The notes below the pieces were generated by a model. That model was not told where the DNA came from. It worked only from the letters and a program-made list of their open reading frames with translations, and did not search any database. DNA of 64,000 nucleotides from Chiloscyllium plagiosum. Its lineage: Eukaryota. The stretch covers positions 85,153,136 to 85,217,135 of the forward strand of contig NC_057718.1 in NCBI RefSeq assembly GCF_004010195.1, given 5' to 3'. Shown in pieces: positions 41,504 to 52,577 of this stretch (its first letter is position 1; each line of letters starts with the position of its first letter). The translations under genes were made by a program, and so were the position numbers.

Positions 41504-41830
41504 AGTTTCCTTTTTGGCGAGAAGAGGTTCTGGGACCGCAGTAGACAGAAACACACACCCGAACGGCACAGGCACACAGTTTGGACTGAACCCAGCCGCT
41601 GTGTGCGCCTCGTCCTTCCTCCTACGGGACGTGCTCAGTACGTAGCGCACTGAGTACAGGAAGGGGGAGGGAGTGAGTCCAAACACGGGAAATAATCCTG
41701 TGGAACGCCACATCCAAGTACGTTGCCCCGCACCGAACAGGATTGGGGAGACCCGTAAATGAGCAGAGTGCGAGATTGTTGATTTTCCCCCTTCCTCCAT
41801 GAAAATAGTCGACAACGTTCACCCAAAAAC
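41504..41830 (-). promoter_or_regulatory. PYGB: PYGB 5' UTR and CpG-rich proximal promoter
   Basis: CpG density rises sharply around exon 1 (about 41180-41830) against a CpG-poor background; ACGTG at 41629-41633. TSS not determinable from sequence. Confidence 0.7.
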
Positions 41831-42884
41831 CGCTGCAACAGATTTAATGGGTAGATTGAACTCCGAATTAAACACCACACTCCTATATTAATACAGTGAG
41901 ACAGATTGTACCTGTTATCAACAAAGGTTAAATGCCGATAGACAGAAACAGATTGGGCCCTCCGCATAAACAGTGAATTAAGTTGCATCTGCATGGAGAT
42001 CTACAGCATTAAAAAGGCCATTCGGTCCATCGAGCTTGCACCAGTCGAAAACAATCACCTAATCCAATTTCCAGCACTGGCCCATGGCCTTGTATGCCTT
42101 GTCACCATAACAATCTATCTGAATATTTCTTAAATGTTATGAGGGTTTCTGTCTCTACCATCCTCACAGGCAATGAGTTTCAGATTCACTCCACCCTCTA
42201 GATGAAAACATGTTTTTCTCACATCCCTCTAAACCAAATGCCCCTATCGTCACTGAGCCCCCCACCAAGGGGAATTTTTTTTCCGTGTCTATGCTCCTCA
42301 TAATTTTACATATCTTAATCATGTCCCCATCCCTTTCCTCTAATCCATGGAATACAACCCCACTCTAATCGATCTCTTGTCATAGCTAAAAATCTCCAAT
42401 CCAGGCAACATCTCAGTAACTTTTCTTTGCATCCTTTCCTGCACAATCTCATCCCTCCTGTAATATGCATTTCAGAACTGTTCACAATACAACCCTAATT
42501 GCGATCTGACCAATATTTTAAACTGTTCCAATATCATCTCCCCGCTCTTGAACTCTATGCCTTGGCTAATAAAGGCAAGTATCTCACATGCCAACTTAAC
42601 CACTTTATCTATCCATCCCACCAACTAAAGCAACAGTGAACATGCACACCAAGATTTCTCTGACCCTTGTTTCTTCCCAGGTTGAATGTTGAACACAGCA
42701 AGGGTCCCAAAAACTGACCCTCATGGAACCCTACTGGACTAAGATCACCATCAGAATAGCAGCCACAAGTATTACTCTTTGCCTCCAGCCATTCAGCCAG
42801 TTGTAAATTCAATTTGCCAAATTTCCTTGAACTCCTTGGGTTTTTGTTTTGTTGCTTTGATTTTTACCTTCTTTCACTTCCTCT

Positions 42885-43170
42885 TCAGATGTAAATCTTG
42901 CTGGGGTAATCAGTGCTCTTGGGCAGCAGCACAACCCAAATTCTACACGATGGTGACCCTCCCAGCAACTTGCTGAGCTCCTTGTCATTGTGGATGGTGC
43001 ACTGCAGGTGATGGCTTACTTGTTGACCTAGGCCATATTGCCTGCCAACTCGAAGATCTTGGTGGTCAGGTACTCAAGGATGGCAGCCAAATGAATGGGA
43101 GCCTCACCCCCTTGTCTGGCATTATATCTCTTATGCAGTTGGTAATGGATATGACTGACTGGGAACTGGA
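42885..43170 (-). pseudogene. Histone H2A pseudogene, central and C-terminal part
   Basis: LQFPVSHIH...APIHLAAILEYLTTKIFELAGNMA*...HLQCTIHNDKELSKLLG/RVTI...VLLPK resembles H2A LQFPVGRVH...[24 protein letters not shown]...HLQLAIRNDEELNKLLG.VTI...VLLPK; stops, deletions and frameshifts present. Confidence 0.9.
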
Positions 43171-43188
43171 GGTTGTATGTATGTATGT

Positions 43189-44110
43189 AAAAACGCCATC
43201 CCATATTCCCAATTCCTTCTCCTCCGCCACATCTGCTCCCAGGAGGACCAATTCCAATACCGAACAACCCAGATGGCCTCCTTCTTCAAAGACTGCAATT
43301 TCCCCTCAGACGTGGTTGACGATGCTCTCCACTGCATCTCCTCCACTTCCCGCTCCTCCGCCCTTGAACCCTGCCCCTCCAATCGCCACCAGGACAGAAC
43401 CCCACTGGTCCTCACCTACCACCCCACCAACCTCCAGATACATCGTACCATCCTTCGTCATTTCCGCCACCTCCAAACAGACCCCACCACCGAGGATATA
43501 TTTCCCTCCCCTCCCCTATCAGCGTNNNNNNNNNNNNNNNNNNNNNNNNNNNNNNNNNNNNNNNNNNNNNNNNNNNNNNNNNNNNNNNNNNNNNNNNNNN
43601 NNNNNNNNNNNNNNNNNNNNNNNNNNNNNNNNNNNNNNNNNNNNNNNNNNNNNNNNNNNNNNNNNNNNNNNNNNNNNNNNNNNNNNNNNNNNNNNNNNNN
43701 NNNNNNNNNNNNNNNNNNNNNNNNNNNNNNNNNNNNNNNNNNNNNNNNNNNNNNNNNNNNNNNNNNNNNNNNNNNNNNNNNNNNNNNNNNNNNNNNNNNN
43801 NNNNNNNNNNNNNNNNNNNNNNNNNNNNNNNNNNNNNNNNNNNNNNNNNNNNNCCCCCACCCCCTCTCCGGCCTATCACCCTCACCTTAATCTCCTTCCA
43901 CTTATCGCATTCCCAACGCCCCTCCCCCAAGTCCCTCCTCCCTACCTTTTCTCTTAGCCTGCTTGGCACACCTTCCTCATTCCTGAAGAAGGGCTTATGC
44001 CCGAAACATTAATTCTCCTGCTCCTTTGATGCTGCCTGACCTGCTGCGCTTTTCCAGTAACACATTTTTCAGCTCTGATCTCCAGCATCTGCAGTCCTCA
44101 CTTTCTCCTA
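43189..44110 (+). mobile_element. 5'-truncated Penelope-like retroelement (RT C-terminal region, gap, terminal repeat with hammerhead core)
   Basis: KNAIPYSQFLLLRHICS...RTPLVLTYHP...FRHLQTDP is typical of the PLE RT thumb/linker; 3' end carries CTGAAGA-AGGGCTTATGCCC-GAAAC at 43983-44007; 17-bp TSD GTTGTATGTATGTATGT at 43172-43188 and 44111-44127. Confidence 0.85.
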
Positions 44111-44127
44111 GTTGTATGTATGTATGT

Positions 44128-44565
44128 CGATTTATTTATTTAGAAACATTACACAAGACAAATGGGCAGGAAATTTGTCACCAGAATACATGAGCATCAG
44201 CCTGCAACAAATCAATACGATCAATCCTCCCGCATATCAATACATACTGATAATGAAGGACACCAATTCAACTAGGACAGCATCACAACATTGCAACAGG
44301 CTAAACCATAACAACCTCAGGAATCCCTAGAGGCCTGGTATTCATCCACTGGTTTCTTAAACTAACACATTGAAACAGACCCCATCTACAAACCACTATA
44401 GAACAAAAGTGGAAGTAGAACCACCCACCTCAACGTATAAATTCAGGGCAGATTATAACTACAGTACTTCACCTGGAGGCTACACAGCGCTGAAGATGTT
44501 GCCCAGGAGGGAGACAAAACATTTACAAGGAAATCAACCAGCCTGGCAAACTAACCAACAACTTC
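44128..44565 (+). mobile_element. Older Penelope-like element 3' end (GIY-YIG endonuclease relic and decayed hammerhead)
   Basis: KHYTRQMGRKFVTRIHEHQ...HTDNEGHQFN*D...ESLEAWYS...LN*HIETDPIYKPL (YIGQTGR..RI.EH...EAW..IN pattern); CTGAAGATGTTGCC...GACAAAAC near 44490-44520; 12-bp TSD AACTGGA(G/C)GTTG at 43164-43175 and 44566-44577. Confidence 0.8.
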
Positions 44566-44642
44566 AACTGGACGTTGGCTCAGGAGGAACAGGTCTTGGC
44601 CTTAGCCATGCCTTTCTCTCCAGTTTTACCACAACCCAATAT
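44566..44642 (-). pseudogene. Histone H2A pseudogene, N-terminal part, separated by Penelope insertions
   Basis: (ATA)ILGCGKTGEKGMAKAKTCSS*ANVQ aligns to [25 protein letters not shown]; start codon decayed to ATA. Confidence 0.85.
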
Positions 44643-44913
44643 CTCCCAAAGAGAAACTTACCTTTGCTACCAGTCTCCTAGGTAGGACCTTATCAAAGGT
44701 TTTGCAGAAGTCCAATTAGAATACATCAAAAGCATTGACTTCATCTACATACCTGGTCAACTCCTTGAAAAATTCGGTCCAGTCGGTCAAACAATGCTGA
44801 GTGCTCTTGATTAATCCCAGCTTCTCCAAATTGAGATTAATTGTGTCCCTCAGAATTGCTTAAAATAGTTTCCCCAACACTGAGGTTAGACTGACTGGTC
44901 TGTAGTTTCCTGG

Positions 44914-45726
44914 TGTAGCCAGGTTGTTGCACAGAGAAAGACAGGAGGACCTTTTGGAGAAATACTCGTGAAAATGAGATGTTAGCCAGGAGGCTGCAGA
45001 GAGCCAGAGGTATTAGTTACCGATAGGGGCTAGGAATGATCAGTGTAAAAACAAACTGCTGACATACAGGGGAAAACAGCTTGTAAACTGTGAATGACCG
45101 GAGTCCAGGTACTGCTTGGTACCAACCATATTCTGCAGAAAAAGTAAGAAAGATAGTTTAATGCAGAAGCCTTATATGGATGAAGGGCAATGAGGTAATG
45201 CTACTTAGCTCCTTGGTTTGCAGCCAATAAGGTAAAGACATGCAATTAACAGATGAGCCTGAGTCAACAGGGAAATGACATCACAACTCGAGAAAGATAA
45301 GGAAAGAAGATAAAAGAAGACCCTTGAGGCATACAGGTCACGATAACTCCAGAGTCCAACACTTGCAAATCAAACTGTATGTCAAGGATGTGAAAAGAGA
45401 GCGCGAGAGTAGTGTGTGACCAACATCAGCCCTCCTCAACAGCAGGAAAACAGTTATCTTTTATATTCTGTGACTACTCAGGGAGTGTCAGAGGACTTGC
45501 GTGGGTATAAAAACAGGTTTTTAATTCAGTTTGTGGCAAAATATATAAACTCTAATTTGTAAGAGAACATATAAGAAATAAGTGCATGGTTCAATACAAT
45601 CATAAAGTAATTTGTAAAGTTGTAAGAATTGACTCTTCTCCTCTCTACACACACCGGCAGCTGCAGCTGACATTTGCTGGAATCAGACAGCAGCTGGTGG
45701 TTGCCGGAAGTATACAGGCATCAACA
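44914..45726. mobile_element. Solo LTR (813 bp)
   Basis: Starts TGT, ends ACA, 4-bp TSD CTGG at 44910-44913 and 45727-45730, cleanly interrupts a CR1. Confidence 0.75.
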
Positions 45727-46779
45727 CTGGTTTATCCTTTGCTCACTTCTTAACTAATGGTACCACCACGGCTGTCCTCCAGTTCTTCGGTACTTCTCTT
45801 TTGGCAGAGGGGTGTTGAAAATTTTTGCAAGTACCCCTCTATTTCTTCCTCTGCCTTACTCAACAACCTGGGATATATTTCATCCTGACATGGAAGTTTA
45901 CCTATTTTAAGTGTGCCAGACCTCTTAGAACCTCCTCTCTGTTATACTAATTCCTTTTATTGTATCACAGACGTTCTCCATGATTTCTATACCTATACTG
46001 TGCCTCTCACTAGTGAACATCGACCCAAAATATTCATTTAGAATCCTGTCGACATCCTCTGGCTCCACAAACAAGTTACTGCTGTGGTTCTTAATGGACC
46101 CTCCTCTTTCCTTCATTAATCCTTTTACCCTACAACTTAGGATTTTCCTTTATCTTACCTATCAGTCTTTTCATATCCCCTTTTAGCCTTCCTAATTTCC
46201 TTTATAAATTTGCTCTTGCTTATTTTATACACGTTCTGCTATTTTAATTAAAAACTTGCTTAATTCTAGATTCTTCTGAACTGAAAATGAAGCTCATTTC
46301 CTACATATATACTCTCCATGTCATAAACCCAACAATATAAACATCTTTCCATTAACACGACAGAGGTGTGCAGTCATCTGATCTTTGACAAAACGTTCGA
46401 TTTCGTTAGTGTTCACAAAGAGCTGATCTATTGTTTTAAAGAGAACCCTTCACAGAAGTAACTAACATTTCCCTGCATCTCTTTAGAAATCCAGATTTCC
46501 AAGATAATATATTTAAAATTTATATAAATTTATAAAACCTTTCAATACATTCCACTCCCCAAAGAAAGATGAAAATTTCCATCAAAATGTTCTTCTCAGC
46601 ACTACTTTTGTTCTATTAACAGAAATAATATATACATTAACTGTACAAATGTTTCAACATCAACAATATTTTACATAAAATCATTTTAGTAATTGCATCA
46701 ATCTTCATATGTGCTCTTGACAAAGAATTTGCTATAATATTGTTTTTCCAGACAAATAAATGATTTTAAAATAATATGG

Positions 46780-49530
46780 CTGGAGTATTAAACTCTACCA
46801 AAACAACCTTGTCCCAAAATTTCTCTAAAACAAATTAAAGTATTGCAGTATGTGTAAATAGTGGTTTCTTCAGAGTTGTTCAATGTGTAAATTTGAAACT
46901 GATGTAGAGACAACACAAGATTCAGTGTCTCTTTCTCCACTATTAAATATTTCTGTTGATGTAAATCAGTCTCTTCAAAAAATAACAGGAAGGCTGTTAG
47001 ATCTTCATTTTGTCTTCTTGTAATAAAAGGCACCCACACTAATATTGCTGGCATCAACAGCCAGTTTGAACGGTTCAGTGCTGCTAAAATCAGGTGCATT
47101 TATCAGCTCAGCTTTCAAACTGTCATTCTTATGACCATCCAATCTGATAATCATATGTCCATTCAATGATTCTACCTTTCTAATAAAATCTCAAAAGGAA
47201 TTAACACAATGCTGAAGTTTGGAACAAACCTCTGATAAAATCCACTCATGCCAACATATCATAGAATTGTGCATTTGTCTGAGCAGTTATTTCACTTCTC
47301 TGGCCTTGTCCAACAGTGTCTCAAATAAATCACTTTTGCTTTCACAAATTCACTTCTAGCCAGAATTATAATTGAATTGTTTCTTTGTAGTCAAACAGTT
47401 TAGTCCAATCAGACAAATGTTCTTTTGAGGTTAAACTGTGTACAACCAAGGCTTCAATTTAGTCATTTATATAGAAAATAATTGGTGTATTTTTCATTCC
47501 AAATAGTATAACTTTACATTGATGAAGTCCATCTGGTGTTAGAAAAGCTGACATTTTTTTGGCTATATCAGTGAATGGAACTTGCCTATACAAGTGCATG
47601 TTAGTGGCAATTTGTGTGTCCAATTCTTCCAATGCAGTCCTTGACTCTCAAAATAGGCATGAGTTCACTTTTGTCACTATGTTGATTTTATGCAGAACCT
47701 TTGTGATCTACCTCATTTTGGCAACAGCACAATAAGTGTGCTGCAGCTCCCATTATCAGTTAAATTTTGTCATCTAATTATTCCATACTGTTTTCCCTAT
47801 TGTAAATACATTATTTTCCTGACTATCCTCACAATAACAATATTTCTTTAATATAACTACCACAGTCATTGATTTTTCTTCCTATCTGAAGTACTCACTA
47901 CATAACTCATGATTACGTTTCTCTTTGATTTGATATGGTCCAGTGGGGCTTACTTTGACAGAAACCAAAATTTCAAACTTTGGCCTTATTAATGTGCTCT
48001 GTTTTTCATTGTGTTTTGAGCACTCTTCAAATATGTTTTGGCCAAATTATTTTTTTCAATTAGCTTTTCTCTGAAATCCAAGGTACCAGCTGGAAGTATA
48101 ACCTTCAACTTAATGGTATTTGCTCCTTGTCCATATTATCACCTCAAAAGGATTGAATCCTCTGGATCTATTAGGTCCATCCCTGACAGCAAGCAGTAAC
48201 AAGGGAATTCCTTTCTCCCCATCATTAGGACATTCTCGACAATAACAGTTAATCACGATCTTTAAAATTGGATGCCATGTTTCAATGAACCTTGAGATTG
48301 TGGGTGATGTTCAGAAGATATAAACTGCCACACTTCCAAACTATTAATTCTTTCTTTGAATATTTGTGACATTTAATTTGAACATGGATCTATTATATTT
48401 CTTCGGGTAATGTGAATCTAAAATAGCTTTTCTCTTATAATTTTTGCAGTAATTTTTCCTAAAGGCACCGCTTATAATATTTTGTTAAAACATGTTAAAA
48501 AATCAGTTCATTGAATTCAAACAGTGTAGAGACAGACCATCCGAGTTCATACCAACCGTTCAAAAAGCATCCCACCCAAATCCACCCTGTCACCTTGGAT
48601 TTCCCATGACTAAGCCACTCATCCCTAGACACTATGGGCAATTTAGCATGACCAATCCACGTAATCTGCACATCTTTGGATTGTAGGAGAAAATTGGAGC
48701 ACCAGGACGAAACCCATGCAGACATGCAATCTCCAATATGCAAACTCCACACAATCGATCAAGGGTGGAATCAAACCTAGTTCCCTGGCAGAACGCAGCA
48801 GCAGTAGAAACCAGTAGTTCCATTGTTAAAAAGATACTGATTCTTATTCTTATTCTTGGTTTTAGGTAGGAGTTCTACACAATTTATTTTAAATAAACCT
48901 TGGTAAATATTACTTTTAAAGCTAGTATCAGAACTAAAGGTTGAACTGATGGTTGCAATTTCCCTGCTACCTGACATGTCTGACAAACATGGCAAAATTT
49001 GACCACATTTTTATGTACTATATTCCTGTTTAAAATTTTTAAATTTATGTTTGCCGAATACTTAAGTGACCATCATTGAAATTTTATGAACCCTCATAAA
49101 ATTTCATTATGATATTCAGATGGGACTACCACCCAAAGGACTACTGCCCATTCTTCACTAGCTGAAATCTGAAGTGGTCTCTATTTCTTCATTAATATTT
49201 TGTCTTTCAAATAATAACATTCAGATATTGGTTCTGATTCAACATCTGAGCAGTCAATTCAACGTAACTCTCTCAATTCAGCACCCCCTCATTGTATTTC
49301 CATTGAAGAAGATGGCTAACTATATCAGACTCATTCTCTTTGCCTTCATCCTTTCCAAGATAAAATTAATTTATTTTATAGGAACTTGGTTCAGTATTCC
49401 AACCACAAATTCTCTATTTACTGAGTCACTCTTTCATCCAACTCTTACAATAGGACTGTCTTGTAACCTCCATATGTATTCCAATTAATATTTTCTCCTG
49501 TGCCAACCATTCTGGAGGCCACATTGTCTC
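46780..49530 (-). mobile_element. Degraded Gmr1-like Gypsy pol (protease, integrase, RT, RNase H order)
   Basis: Reading minus strand from high to low coordinate: CYYLKDKILMKK, GHLSIRQT, VVKFCHVCQTCQVAGK, INCVELLPKTK, HHPQSQGSL, KGIPLLLLAVRD..N.S.GFNPFE (integrase, about 49220-48130); QVPFTDIAKKMSAFLTPDGLHQCKVILFGMKN (RT, about 47760-47470); APDF...PFKLAVDASNISVGA, HQQKYLIVEKETLNLVLSL (RNase H, about 47110-46800). Confidence 0.85.
48500..48825 (-). mobile_element. Older V-SINE copy inside the Gmr1 integrase
   Basis: Reverse complement of the same central domain (gggcaatttagcatgaccaatccac...catctttgga). Confidence 0.75.
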
Positions 49531-49580
49531 ATCACAGAGTCATATAGCATGGACACAGACCCTTCAGTCGAACTCATCCA

Positions 49581-52577
49581 TAAAAGAACTCCAGAGTATC
49601 CCGTCACCCTTTATTTACATGTCCATAGTTCTTGACACTGGTCTGGCTCCCTCAGGGCCAGCTCTCAGAATGAACTTCTCACAGTACTGTTTATATCTGT
49701 AAGCCAGGGCTCCCTGATTTAACCAGGTTAACAGGCCCAATTGGGGAACTCATATTTTATGAGGTCCACCTGGCTGACCTTGTTACAATCACTACATCCC
49801 TCCCCCTCTCAGTCCAGGGACATAGACCTGTTCCTTCTCTTGTAGCCAATCCTTGGGTGTTTTTGCACTGGGTCAGATTCCTTTGACTCAGCCTCGGATA
49901 TGAGTGGCATATACTGGACCATAGTCCGCCTCTTGTTTCTGGAGGGTCTTGGAAGACATTCTACCTCCTCTTCAGGCAATAAAGACTCAAGGCTGCGACA
50001 TCTGCTGTGTCCATCCCAGACTTTCTGTGAGGTTTCTTCAATACTGAACAGAGTGGGAGAACCCACAGGTTCCAAAAGCCTTTCCAGCTGTTCTGTGGGG
50101 CTAGTTTTGTTTTGCTCTTGTCCTGTTTGTGAGTTTGCAGTTTTCAATTGGTCCACCTACTCATTCAGGACCTTCACACCTACCCAAACATTTTGTATGT
50201 AATGGGACATGACCTCACATCAATCATGCCTCTGACCACGCAAGGCCACTTCCATCATTTCGGAACCAAACTTCATCCTCTGCAGTAAACTGTCTCTCGC
50301 ACTTAGAAGAGTGTGTCCGGCATTGGTGTTCCTGATGCCATTTCACCCTCCCTACTTAGGTCCATGAAGATCAGATTTAACTCGGTGTGGAATCTTCTCC
50401 CCATTAGCACTCAGCTGGAGCTATACTTGTAGTTGCATGAGGGGTGGTCCGATAATCAAATAGGAACCAGGACAGTTGAATCTGTAGACTGTTTCTTTAA
50501 GCCTGCCTTCAAAGTTTGGACTGGTCTTTCTGCCAGACCATTTAACAATGGATGATATGGACCTGTTCTTATATGCCAAATGCTATTAGACTTAAAGAAA
50601 TATTCACATTCCCTGCTGATAAATGATGGCCCGTCATCTGTGACCAACGCTTCCAAGAGCCTGTGTATTGCAAAAGATGCTCACAGTTTTCTATCCTGGT
50701 TCCTATCTTTGACAAATGAACTATACACACGTTGAACCATTTTGAATGGGCATCCACAATGACAAAGAATATTGAGCCGATAGAAGAACTGGTGTAGTGA
50801 CCATGTAACCAAGCCAGGGTTAACCCAGCCATTCCCACAAGTGTGGGGAGCTGTTGGCACTCTGGGCCCTGGCCCACCAATGTAGCTATATCTGCATCAA
50901 ATCAAGTCTGCTACCAGACATAACTTCTCATTAACAACTTCATTTTGGACACCCCTGGTGGAATTCAGCTAGTATCTGGAGGCAACAATCACTCTTGCTC
51001 CACATTATAAAATAACATCCTGTATGGATATCTGGTCACACCCAGTTCAATAAGGTTTCAATTTTAGTTGTGATGGTCCTTTTGTTTCCTGCAAACCAAC
51101 TGTTTTAGTTTTGCCAGGACATTCACAGTCTAATATTGTCAGAAGGGCGTTCAGAAAACCAAAAACCAGAATTAACTCTTCTAGCACTACCTGTAGTGTA
51201 TCTGCTAGCAGAAGGCAGCTCAAACCATTGTATTTGCTGCTTGGCCTCCTGGCCAGTGTTCCAACTTCTATCTGTAAGCATTTAAAATGAGAGCCCTTTG
51301 TTTAATTCGAGTTGAAACTACAGGCAACACTGCCTTGTCTTTTTGAAGTAGCTCTACCAGGGATTTGTGGTCTGTTACTATTACAAATTTACACCTTTAA
51401 AGTTATTCGTGGAACTTTCTCACACCAAAGATAACCATTAATCCCTTTTTCTCTACCTGGGCATATTTGCGCTCTACATCAGCTGGTCTGGCAAACAAAC
51501 GCTATTGGGCGTTCCTCTCCATTGAGCCATCTGTGAGTCAATTTTACTCCAAGACCATTCAGGGAGACATCGCATGTCAGCACTGCATCTTGTTTGGGAT
51601 CATAGTATGTCAACAACTTAGACGATGATAGCCACCTCTTCACTTTCCTAAAGGCTCCGTCTTGGCTTTGAGACCATTTCTAAACTGACCCTTTTCAATA
51701 GTATATGTAAGGTTGCCAGGATGCAGACCAGGTTACATGTGAACTTTCTGTAATAACTCATCAATCCCAGGAAAGATCTAGACTCCGGTACAGATGTGGG
51801 AGTCATGGCACCTTTGATTGCCTTCACTTTATCTTCCAACAGGCATAACCCAGTCTTATCGATCTGTAGCCCAAGTAGATCACTTGGGATACCTGGGACA
51901 TACATTTTGCTCTTCTACTACGTTCAAGTTCTCTTAAGTGCTCTTTAATGGTCTTCCTTGTTGTTAGCACACATGGCGACCTGGGGAGGACCTTGTAAAA
52001 TGTTCTCCATCCCACTCTCATCGACACTGAAATAGCTCCACAGAGGCTAGTATGCCGTCATCAAATCACCAAGTCACCCTTTATTTACATGTGCATAGTC
52101 CTTAACATTGGTTTGACCTCAGAGCCAACGTGGGCGGCACGGTGGCACAGTGGTTAGCACTGCTGCCTCGCAGCGCCAGAGACGCGGGTTCAATTCCCGT
52201 CTCAGGTGACTGACTGTGTGGAGTTTGCACGTTCTCCCCGTGTCTGCGTGGGTTTCCTCCGGGTGCTCCGGTTTCCTCCCACAGTCCAAAGATGTGCATG
52301 TCAGGTGAATTGGCCATGCTAAATTGCCCGTAGTGTTAGGTAAGGGGTAAATGTAGGGGTATGGGTGGGTTACGCTTCGGCGGGTCGGTGTGGACTTGTT
52401 GGGCCGAAGGGCCTGTTTCCACACTGTAAAGTCTAATCTAATCTATCTGTAAAGTCTAATCTAATCTAATCTAACTCTCAGAGTGAATAGAACTGCTGTC
52501 ACTCCTGTTTATATCTGTCAGGTAGGGCTCCCTGATTGAACTAGGATAACAGCCCCAATCAGAGAACTCATATTCTA
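49581..52577 (-). mobile_element. Internally deleted Gypsy LTR retrotransposon with both LTRs (RT, RNase H, integrase order)
   Basis: LTRs about 49581-49796 and 52028-52577; polypurine tract AGGGGGAGGGA at 49797-49807 before TG; PBS-like TGTCGATGAG 52017-52026; RSFLGLMSYYRKF (RT), LTCDVS (RNase H), VVDAHSKW-like, LVTDDGPSF, PYHP..NGLAER.VQTLK (integrase). Confidence 0.85.
52132..52474 (+). mobile_element. tRNA-derived V-SINE (HE1-like), full length, inside a Gypsy LTR
   Basis: A box TGGCACAGTGG, B box GGTTCAATTCC, central TGTGTGGAGTTTGCACGTTCTCCCCGTGTCTGCGTGGGTTTCCTCCGGGTGCTCCGG, CR1-like tail GGGCCGAAGGGCCTGTTTCC and (TCTAA)n. Confidence 0.85.

Larger units (their letters stand above)
41990..46240 (-). 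mobile_element. Old CR1 LINE interrupted by the H2A/Penelope composite (about 42841-44657) and a solo LTR (44914-45726)
   Basis: CR1 sequence resumes in register across each insertion (gccaaatttccttg...|...cttacctttgctaccagtctc; tagtttcctgg|tttatcc); ILNEYF.S.FT in ORF 45925-46116. Confidence 0.75.

Noticed and set aside
41504..41815. Open frame extending PYGB 99 codons upstream (in-frame ATG at 41800)
   Set aside because: No similarity to phosphorylases. The ATG at 41503 gives the canonical N-terminus and has A at -3/G at +4. Open frames are common in GC-rich promoters.
43091..43969. Long ORFs spanning N runs (also 13426-13886 and 61555-62156)
   Set aside because: Length is an artefact of assembly gaps at 13637-13673, 43526-43853 and 61735-62008.
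52132..52205. tRNA gene
   Set aside because: A and B boxes belong to a SINE head that runs straight into the V-domain and LINE-derived tail.
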